DNA of 64,000 nucleotides, from NCBI GenBank assembly GCA_965242865.1, contig CBDETK010000013.1, positions 5,056,001 through 5,120,000 of the forward strand, given 5' to 3'. The translations under genes and the position numbers were made by a program. The notes beneath the pieces are model-generated. The model saw nothing but the letters and a program-made list of their open reading frames with translations, was not told where the DNA came from and made no database searches. Below are positions 28,230 through 35,926 of the stretch, one piece after another; within the stretch, counting starts at the first letter, position 1, and the number at the start of each line of letters is the position of its first letter. The DNA is from Candidatus Latescibacterota bacterium (GTDB lineage: Bacteria; Latescibacterota; UBA2968; UBA8231).

Positions 28230-30119
28230 ATGGCCGACGATTGGTACGACGTAATTGTAAAAAAAGACGTGATGGTATCCATGCGCGACAGCGTCCGCTT
28301 GGCGACGGATTTGTACCTTCCAGCCCGCGACGGGCAGCCAACCCCGGGCAAATTCCCCGCTGTCTTTCACCGCACGCCCTACGACAAAAGCGACGTGGAG
28401 CGCAACGATAACTACGGCCGGTTTTTCGCCCAGCGCGGCTACGTCGCCATCTACCAAGACTGCCGGGGGACGTTCCAGTCCGAGGGGGACGTGAACTTCC
28501 TCATCCCCGAGGCCGAGGACGGGTACGACGCCTTGCAGTGGATCGACCAACAGCCGTGGAGCAATGGCAAAGTGGGGTCGTGGGGGACTTCGTGGTCGGG
28601 CTGGACGCAAACGGCCATGGCCGCGTTGGGGCCGACCAACCTAAAGGCCATGATCGTCAACATGAGCGGGGCCGACGCGCACGAGTCTTCCGTGCGACAC
28701 GGCGGCGCCCTAGAGCTGCGGTTTTTGGCGTGGGCGTTTTGGCACTCGGCCGCCAACACGCAGCGCGCCCTAAAAGCCGACCCGGCCGTGGATGCCGCCC
28801 TAAACTTGGGGGCGCCGGCCTTTGCCGACTGGCTGACGCGAATGCCGCTCCGCAAGGGACAGACCCAGCTCAAGCTGGTGCCACCCTACCAAAAGTGGGC
28901 GTTGGACTTGCTGACGAAGGCCGACTACGACGAGTACTGGCAGCATCCTAGCTACGCGCCCGCGCTCTTTTGGGACGACTTCCCGGACGTGCCGATTTTG
29001 CTCATTGGGGGCTGGTACGATTCGTACACGCGCTCGACGTGCAAAAACTACGCAGGGCTAGCGGCGCGCAAGCAGGGGCCGGTGCGGATGCTCATGGGGC
29101 CGTGGACGCACGGAACCCACACGCTGGAGCAGAGCGTTGCGGGCGACGTAGAGTTTGGCGAGGAGGCAGCCCTCAGCGACTTCCGCGCCCTGCAGCTGCG
29201 CTACTTTGACTGGGCGCTCAAGGGCGTCGATACCGGCGAAGCGAGCGCGCCGCCGGTGCGGATCTTTGCCATGGGCGGCGGCGGTGGCCATCGCACCAGT
29301 AGCGGCCGGCTGTTCCACGGCGGGCATTGGCGCGACGAGGCCGAGTGGCCGTTGGCGCGGACGCGCTATACCAAATACTACCTGCACGGCGACGGCTCCC
29401 TGTCGCCGGAAAGGCCGGCGGCCGACAGCGGCGATACCGTCTATCGCTTCGACCCGGCCAATCCAGTGCCCTCCATCGGCGGCAATGTCTCGTCGCTTTC
29501 CGAGATCGGCCCGCTGCCCCCGGGCGTGGGCGCGGCAGCCAATGCGCCGTGGCGGGCGCGGGTGGAGCAGTTGATGGTGCCGGGCGGGTTCGATCAGGTG
29601 GAGACACCAGCGTTTTACGGCTGCACCCCGCCCTATCTGCCGCTGGGGTCGCGGCCGGATGTGTTGGTTTTTGCCACCGAGCCGCTGGCCGAAGCCGTGG
29701 AGGTGACCGGGCCGATAGAGGTGCGGTTGTGGGTGTCGTCGTCTGCGCCGGATACGGACTTTACCGCCAAGCTGATCGATTGCTATCCCCCGAGCCGCTG
29801 GTATCCGCACGGCTACGCACTCAACCTGACCGACAGCATCGCGCGCCTGCGCTATCGCAACGGGCGCGAAAAGGGCGAGTTGCTCGCGCCGGGCGAGGTC
29901 GCCGAGCTGGCGATTACCCTCTATCCGACGAGCAATGTATTTGCGGCCGGGCACCAGATCCGCCTCGACATTTCCAGCTCCAACTTTCCCCGCTTTGACG
30001 TCAATCCCAATACCGGCGACCCCATCGGCGCGGACCGGCGACGGCAGGGCGCGGACAACAGGGTTCACCACAATGCAGCGCAGGCTTCGCACGTGGTGTT
30101 GCCGATCATTCCAACGTAG
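28230..30119 (+). CDS. CocE/NonD family hydrolase
   Basis: MRDSVRLATDLY, RTPYDK, QDCRG, nucleophile motif GTSWSG, GPWTH, RLDISSSNFPRF. Confidence 0.92.
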   Translation: MADDWYDVIVKKDVMVSMRDSVRLATDLYLPARDGQPTPGKFPAVFHRTPYDKSDVERNDNYGRFFAQRGYVAIYQDCRGTFQSEGDVNFLIPEAEDGYDALQWIDQQPWSNGKVGSWGTSWSGWTQTAMAALGPTNLKAMIVNMSGADAHESSVRHGGALELRFLAWAFWHSAANTQRALKADPAVDAALNLGAPAFADWLTRMPLRKGQTQLKLVPPYQKWALDLLTKADYDEYWQHPSYAPALFWDDFPDVPILLIGGWYDSYTRSTCKNYAGLAARKQGPVRMLMGPWTHGTHTLEQSVAGDVEFGEEAALSDFRALQLRYFDWALKGVDTGEASAPPVRIFAMGGGGGHRTSSGRLFHGGHWRDEAEWPLARTRYTKYYLHGDGSLSPERPAADSGDTVYRFDPANPVPSIGGNVSSLSEIGPLPPGVGAAANAPWRARVEQLMVPGGFDQVETPAFYGCTPPYLPLGSRPDVLVFATEPLAEAVEVTGPIEVRLWVSSSAPDTDFTAKLIDCYPPSRWYPHGYALNLTDSIARLRYRNGREKGELLAPGEVAELAITLYPTSNVFAAGHQIRLDISSSNFPRFDVNPNTGDPIGADRRRQGADNRVHHNAAQASHVVLPIIPT

Positions 30120-30135
30120 GACAGGAGCAGGCACA

Positions 30136-31299
30136 ATGGAACAATTGCAGTTGGCCCTCGTGGGGTGTGGCGGCATGGCCGGGGCCCACGTGCGCGGCTT
30201 GGCCGAGTTAGCCCAAGCCGGGATCGACGATATTCAGGTGGTGGCCTGTTGCGACTTGGTGGAAGCGCAGGCGCGGCAGCGGGCCGCCGAGCTCGCCGAA
30301 TTTCAGGCGCACGAGCCGGCCGTTTATACCAACGTGGAGCAAATGCTCGCCCAGGTGGCAGACCTCGACGCGGTGGATATCTGCGCCCTGCACTCGCAAC
30401 ACCACGTCCTCGCCGTAGCCTGTCTAGCGGCGGGCAAGCACGTGATCATTGAAAAGCCGCTGGCGATCACCTTGCGCGCCGGCCGCCAAATACTCGCGGC
30501 GGCCATAGCCAATCGCTGTCAGCTCGCCGTGGCGGAAAACTACCGCCGCTCGCCGCCGGAGCGGGCCAGAGCGTGGGCGGTGGCCAGCGGGCAGATCGGC
30601 CAGCCGCGCACCTTCTATTGGCAGGAAGCGGGCTTGCGGCTGGGCAAGTGGGGCTGGCGCAACTTCAAGCGCGACGCCGGCGCCGGCTGGCTCCTCGACG
30701 GCGGCGTGCATTTTGCCGATTTGTTCCGCTATCACTTGGGGGCTGAGGCGCGGCAGGTGGTGGCGCGCGTCCAGCGCTTTGAGCCGTATCGCTACGACGA
30801 GCCGGTCGAGCGCGAAGGGGCGTGGCCCGTGGATGTGGAGGACTGCGCGATGGCGCTGATCGACTTTGACGGCGGCGCGGTGGTGCAGTGGACTTGGCAA
30901 GGTTCGGCCCCGGGACAGGACTTTGGCAAGCGCGTCCTCTACGGCAGCGAGGGCTGCATTGATTGGGAGAGTGGGCTGTGGACCCGTGCCGGCGCGAACA
31001 CCTCCACCGAGGCTTTGGTCGAGGCGCATCAGCGCAGCCTTGCAGCGGACGAGCGCGAGCGGCTGTTCCCCGGGGGCGTGGAAAGCCCCATTGCAACCGA
31101 GTTGAAGGATTTTGCCGACGCGGTGCGGGGGCAGGGCACGCCCGAGGTGGATGGCCTAGACGGCTATCGCTCGCAGGCGATCTGCATGGCGATTTTTGAG
31201 TCCGAGTGGTTTAACCGGCCCGTGAGCTTGGCCGAGATCGAGCGTGGCGACTTAGAGGGCTACCAAGCCGAAATCGACCAAGCACTGGGGATTGCTTAG
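30136..31299 (+). CDS. Gfo/Idh/MocA family oxidoreductase
   Basis: LVGCGGMA, GKHVIIEKP, LLDGGVHFAD; RBS AGGAG. Confidence 0.9.
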   Translation: MEQLQLALVGCGGMAGAHVRGLAELAQAGIDDIQVVACCDLVEAQARQRAAELAEFQAHEPAVYTNVEQMLAQVADLDAVDICALHSQHHVLAVACLAAGKHVIIEKPLAITLRAGRQILAAAIANRCQLAVAENYRRSPPERARAWAVASGQIGQPRTFYWQEAGLRLGKWGWRNFKRDAGAGWLLDGGVHFADLFRYHLGAEARQVVARVQRFEPYRYDEPVEREGAWPVDVEDCAMALIDFDGGAVVQWTWQGSAPGQDFGKRVLYGSEGCIDWESGLWTRAGANTSTEALVEAHQRSLAADERERLFPGGVESPIATELKDFADAVRGQGTPEVDGLDGYRSQAICMAIFESEWFNRPVSLAEIERGDLEGYQAEIDQALGIA

Positions 31300-31376
31300 A
31301 AGCGTGTTGAACGAGCCGTAGAGCCGGTCTGCTCGGCTCCTTAGCCCGTTGCAGCCGGGCAGGTGAACCTCCATGA

Positions 31377-33050
31377 CTACTCAGTACCCAGCTCGAGGGC
31401 CCCTACAAAGGGCCTTTCCTCGATGAAGGCTTCGACGTTTGAGCCATCGAGGTTGGCACGCCGAATCGTATCCCTGAAAGTGTCCGCGTAGTACATCTTT
31501 CCACGCGCCAAATCCAGCGCGATGCCCGTTGGCACCGCCAATCTCATGTCGGCGTTGGTGAGGTTTCTGCGCTGTGTGCCATCGAGGTTGGCACGCTGGA
31601 TCCTATCCGTGCCGTCCACCTGCCAGTCCGAGTCCGTCCAGTACATCTTTCCGCCTGCCAAATCCAGCGCGATGCCCGTTGGATTTGGCAACCTGATGAG
31701 GGTTCTGACGTGTCTGCCATCGAGGTTGGCACGCTGGATCCTATCCGTGCCCCGCTCCGTCCAGTACATCTTTCCGCTTATCCAATCCAGCGCGATGAAC
31801 GCTGGATTATTCAACCACCTGTAGAGCACTTCGATGTCTGAGCCATCCAAGTTGGCACGCAGAATAAGATTCGTCGCATCCTCCACCCAGTACATCTTTC
31901 TGCGCACCAAATCTAGCGCGAGACCCTTTGGATCATTACCTGTTGGATCATTACCTCTCCTGTTAAGGATCACTCGGCGGTTTTCGCCATCCAAGTCGGC
32001 CCACTCAATCGTATCCCGGCGATAGTCCGTCCAGTACATCTTTCTGTTCTCCAAATCCAGCGCGAGGCCATACGGATTACTATTCGATCCCGTGGAGACG
32101 AGGGTGTCGATGACGAGGGTGCCAGCCAAGTTGGCACGCAGAATCTGATCCGCGCCCGCGTCCGTCCAGTATAGGTGGGTCGGTAATACGCTGGGTGTTG
32201 GCGATGGGTCCTGCGGGGCCGTTTGGTCCGTTTGGTCGGTTTCGACAGCGGTCTCTTCCCCTAAATGCGATTGGACGCGGAGGCCCCTTGCTATCGCGGC
32301 GGCGAGTTGTTGATTGGCCGCGTGCTGGGTGAGGGCGTTTTCCATCACGCCCAGCCATTGCAGGTTCGTCAGGCTCGCCAACGGACTGACATCCGCAATC
32401 TCATTGTCTCCTAGCTGGAGCCATTGCAGATTGGTCAGGCGAGCTAACGGACTCACGTCCGTAATTTCGTTGCCCCACAGCGACAGCTTCTGAAGATTGA
32501 TAAGGCCCGCCAGCGGACTGACGTCCGCCACCTTGTTCCCCCACAAAGACAGCGTGTGCAGGTTGGTCAAGCTGGCCAGCGGACTCACGTCCGTAATCGC
32601 GTTGCTCCGCAGATGTAGCGTGTGCAGTGCCGTCGCGTGTTCGAGGCCGGCCAAGCTCTCAATGTTTTTGTCGCTCGCGTCGAGTTCGGTCAGGGCGGCT
32701 AAGTCTGCCGGGGTAAGCGGCCCTGCCGGGCGATTCAGTGCCTCCCGCACGCACCGCTCCAAATTGGCGTCGGCGAACTCAACGGTGGCCGATTGGGTGC
32801 TGTCGGCGTCAGCGTCGGTCTGAGTGCTGTCAGCTTCGGCTTCGGTCTGGGTGGTGTCGGGGCTTTCCGGGGCGGCCAGCCCGTCGGGAGCGGTGTAGGT
32901 GTCGTCGCCTAAGAATTCGCACAAGGAACAGGTAGCTTTGCCGGCAGGCCGAGAGGCGACCGGCGCGGAGTCCGAGCAGCCCATCCAAGCCCCGACGACG
33001 CCCAAAAGGACGAAGGCAAGCAGGGTTTTGAGAGATTTCAACGAAGACAT
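31377..33050 (-). CDS. Lipoprotein with internalin-like LRRs and C-terminal YWTD (LDLR class B) beta-propeller, copy 1
   Basis: Lipobox WMGC; FADANLE LRR cap; repeats LxxLxLxxNxIxDVSPL; six KMYWTD-like repeats with RANLDG. Confidence 0.85.
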   Translation of the reverse strand: MSSLKSLKTLLAFVLLGVVGAWMGCSDSAPVASRPAGKATCSLCEFLGDDTYTAPDGLAAPESPDTTQTEAEADSTQTDADADSTQSATVEFADANLERCVREALNRPAGPLTPADLAALTELDASDKNIESLAGLEHATALHTLHLRSNAITDVSPLASLTNLHTLSLWGNKVADVSPLAGLINLQKLSLWGNEITDVSPLARLTNLQWLQLGDNEIADVSPLASLTNLQWLGVMENALTQHAANQQLAAAIARGLRVQSHLGEETAVETDQTDQTAPQDPSPTPSVLPTHLYWTDAGADQILRANLAGTLVIDTLVSTGSNSNPYGLALDLENRKMYWTDYRRDTIEWADLDGENRRVILNRRGNDPTGNDPKGLALDLVRRKMYWVEDATNLILRANLDGSDIEVLYRWLNNPAFIALDWISGKMYWTERGTDRIQRANLDGRHVRTLIRLPNPTGIALDLAGGKMYWTDSDWQVDGTDRIQRANLDGTQRRNLTNADMRLAVPTGIALDLARGKMYYADTFRDTIRRANLDGSNVEAFIEERPFVGALELGTE

Positions 33051-33412
33051 TTTTTGCTCCTTTATATGGTTGGGGAAGAAATGGTGTGGAGGTTGGAAGA
33101 GGGGCATGACGCACCGAAAGAGGCGGAGCTAGCCCTAGGGCGATACTTGGAGAGCTCGGTACGCGCCCCTTGCTTTGGGTGCGCCTTTACTGGTGTTCTG
33201 GCGGCGTCCGAGTCGAGGGGATTCCGCCCGCGGTCTTTGGCAGACAGGTTGCGGGGGTGGTGCAGTAAACGTGGATCCGCATAAAGGCCGCACGGCAGCG
33301 TACGCTTGGGACCGTGCGGGCAGACCGCCGCGCCGCCCAACAGCCGCGCACGAGCCGTCGGCCGATGCTGAGAAGTAGAGAGTGTGGTGCTTGGTGCTAG
33401 CGGAGAATTTTC

Positions 33413-33452
33413 GGGGGGGGGGGGGGGTAAGTCGTTGTTTTTCAAGGATTTA
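33413..33452. repeat. Poly-G tract (G15) plus imperfect inverted repeat
   Basis: G15 followed by TAAGTCGTTGTTTTTCAAGGATTTA; the homologous site at 56154 has G13. Confidence 0.8.
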
Positions 33453-33583
33453 CGACACATTAAATTTGACGATGAATCCAAGCACCCAACAGGGTTTTGC
33501 CCCACAGCAAGGCCCCGTTCTGATGTGAAATGCTTAACCATGGTCTCGTTCATTCGCCAACCGCGACACCAAATTGGCCGCTG

Positions 33584-33684
33584 TAACGGGCAGGCACGGG
33601 GGCCTGCCCCAACGGAATTCTAACGGGCAGGCACGGGGGGCCGCCCCAACGGAATTCTAACGGGCAGGCACGGGGGGCCGCCCC
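33584..33684. repeat. Tandem 37-bp palindromic REP-like units (3 copies)
   Basis: TAACGGGCAGGCACGGGGGCCTGCCCCAACGGAATTC-like units starting at 33584, 33621 and 33658 (last one partial). Confidence 0.85.
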
Positions 33685-33752
33685 TGATTGTAGGTTCTTT
33701 GCCGTCGAGCCATAATTAAAAGCCTAAACACAGAAGCCGCAACCTGATTTTC

Positions 33753-34343
33753 TTAGGCTCCCAAAACCTCTTCGAGCCGCTCTGGATGCCGTCGCCGCAG
33801 CTCCAGCAGCTTGCTCGCGGTGCCCACTGGCGTCAGGAGAGCAGAGCGTGGAATGGGTTGCCGCTCTTGGAGAACGCCTCCTCGCCGCTCTACATCCTCC
33901 ACGGCGAGCGGTTGCCGACCCAGCGCGTAGAAGAGTGCCGGTTCGAGCTGGACGAGGGCCGGCAGGTCGCACGGTTCGGCTCGCCTCATCGGAGTGCCGA
34001 CGAACACGGCGACTTTTCCGCCCGCAATAAACCCCGGTTCGTTGCCTTCCCAAAGGAACTGTACTCCTTCAGGCACGTTCTGCGGCCGGAGGGGCGACAC
34101 CGCGCCGGTTGGACCGAGCGAGAACGGACGAGCCGAGCGAGCGAACGCAACCTCGCAGCCGATTTCTTCAAGGGCCTCTCTAGACAGGGCCTCCTCCAGG
34201 GTCTCGCCTTCCTCAACCCTGCCCCCTATGCAGCCGCAGCCAATCGAGATTTCGCGTCGCTGACGCCGCCATTTGGTCGGCTTCTGGCACTCAAAGAGGA
34301 GTCTATTTTCAACGCGCAAAAGGATTGCAACGCCAAGGATCAT
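33753..34343 (-). CDS. NUDIX hydrolase
   Basis: Nudix box GGRVEEGETLEEALSREALEEIG. Confidence 0.85.
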   Translation of the reverse strand: MILGVAILLRVENRLLFECQKPTKWRRQRREISIGCGCIGGRVEEGETLEEALSREALEEIGCEVAFARSARPFSLGPTGAVSPLRPQNVPEGVQFLWEGNEPGFIAGGKVAVFVGTPMRRAEPCDLPALVQLEPALFYALGRQPLAVEDVERRGGVLQERQPIPRSALLTPVGTASKLLELRRRHPERLEEVLGA

Positions 34344-34909
34344 TCAGAGTCCCCAAGCGGATGCAGATCAATCGGCGTGAAAACCCCATAAAAACCATAT
34401 TTGACGCCCTGCCGATCTCCCTTTTCGGGCGGAAAGTATTCTTCTATCAGGGCCAATAATCGACAGCTAAATTCGGCCGCCTGTCTTTCGGACAGCCGGG
34501 CGCGGTTGTGATTGACGGATTGCTGGAAGGTCGCACCGTATAAGCCTTCGGCGGCCTCGCGGAATGCTTGGTTGAACTGGCCGACGACATCCGCTGGCAC
34601 GGCCTCTGCCGCACGAGGCACTCGGACGCAAATCGCCCCTGCCACTGGCAAACAACGCCATGCTCGGGGGTCTGCTCCATCTTCCTCCATCCGCACGACC
34701 CCGGTTCGCGCCAGCCGTCGCACGTGGTACAGAACCCGAGCATCGGTGACGTCCAACCGCTGCGAAATTTCCGCCACCGACTTCCCGGCACCCAAGATTT
34801 CGAGGATGCGCCACCGAAGCGGATCGGCCAATACGGTCGCACGCTCGCCTTCGACGACGAGCACCGCGTCCTTTGGGGAATGGGCCGAGAAGGTCAATTC
34901 GCGCCACAT
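34340..34909 (-). CDS. ArsR-like winged-helix transcriptional regulator
   Basis: LADPLRWRILEIL..GKSVAEISQRL...VLYHVRRLARTG. Confidence 0.8.
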   Translation of the reverse strand: MWRELTFSAHSPKDAVLVVEGERATVLADPLRWRILEILGAGKSVAEISQRLDVTDARVLYHVRRLARTGVVRMEEDGADPRAWRCLPVAGAICVRVPRAAEAVPADVVGQFNQAFREAAEGLYGATFQQSVNHNRARLSERQAAEFSCRLLALIEEYFPPEKGDRQGVKYGFYGVFTPIDLHPLGDSE

Positions 34910-34911
34910 GC

Positions 34912-35784
34912 TCAAGGGCCTGCGATCCCAACGCCAAACCGCTCCGCAAACGCGGCCCATACTTCAGCCGGCACTTCCTGCGTTGCCGCGTCATAAGCGT
35001 CTTGCAGTTGGTCGCGGTTGGCCGGGCCGCTCATGACGATGCCGTCGATGGGCGCGGCGAGGCAGAACTGCATGGCCAAGTGCTTGAGGTCCACATCCTG
35101 CTCTCGGCACCACGCCCACATAGCGTGTGCCCGCGGCTCGGCCGCGCGGTCCGGCTCGACGCCGGTCAAGCGGCCCATGCCAAAGACGCTGGCTAAAATC
35201 AGCCCCGTGCCGTGCCTTTTGGCCAAGGGCATTGTGGTGCGGGCGACGGACTGGTCGAGCAGCGTGTAGTCGAGGAACGTGAGGACGATTTCGGCGTGGC
35301 CGGCTTCAATGGCGGCGCGGTGGAAGTCGTGCTGGCGAACCCCCAAACCAATGTGGCCCACCAAGCCCTCTTCCTTCATCTTTTGCAGCGCGTCAAAGGC
35401 GCGTCCCAAGCCCAAAGGGGCGGCCATATCGGGGGGATCGTGGACGAGCACGGCATCGAGGTAATCAACGCGGAGCGATTGCAGGCTCTGTTCGACGCTC
35501 CAGCGCGTAGCCTCGGCCGAAAAATCCTTGGGACGCATGGGGTGCGGGCCGACCTTGGCCTGCATGTAATAGCTCGATCGCTCAACGCCGGCGAGTGCTT
35601 GGCCCCAGCGGTCCTCGTTGCGGCCAGCATAGCTGTCGAAATAGTCAATGCCCAAGTCGAGGGCCCGTTCAATGGTGGCAATGGTCTCGGCCTCGCCGGA
35701 CGCCCCGACAAAGGCCGCGCCCATGCCGAGGGCCCGGGGCTGCATCCCCGTGCGCCCCATCTTGCGACGCGGTAACTTGCTCAT
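34912..35784 (-). CDS. Aldo/keto reductase
   Basis: RRKMGRTG, GIDYFDS, SVEQSLQSLRVDYLD..LVHDP, GLVGHIGLG. Confidence 0.9.
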   Translation of the reverse strand: MSKLPRRKMGRTGMQPRALGMGAAFVGASGEAETIATIERALDLGIDYFDSYAGRNEDRWGQALAGVERSSYYMQAKVGPHPMRPKDFSAEATRWSVEQSLQSLRVDYLDAVLVHDPPDMAAPLGLGRAFDALQKMKEEGLVGHIGLGVRQHDFHRAAIEAGHAEIVLTFLDYTLLDQSVARTTMPLAKRHGTGLILASVFGMGRLTGVEPDRAAEPRAHAMWAWCREQDVDLKHLAMQFCLAAPIDGIVMSGPANRDQLQDAYDAATQEVPAEVWAAFAERFGVGIAGP

Positions 35785-35926
35785 GGCTCTAACCTCCTTT
35801 TATCTCTCATAACTCGCTCCATATTAGCACACGCAACTCGCTCGCTCAAGGGACAGCATGGACAACGGCGAGATCGGCGCGTTATGTTACCTCCCGCTGC
35901 ATCGTCCTTCGCGTTAGGATAACGCT

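Noticed and set aside
33062-33553. ORF MNETMVKHF... conserved in both cassette copies (also 56125..56352)
   Set aside because: The frame after the poly-C tract differs between copies and there is no recognisable domain; conservation is explained by the DNA duplication. A leader peptide cannot be fully excluded.
33584-33684. Possible CRISPR array (37-bp palindromic repeats; also 56324-56459)
   Set aside because: The units are head-to-tail with no unique spacers, and no cas genes are in the window.
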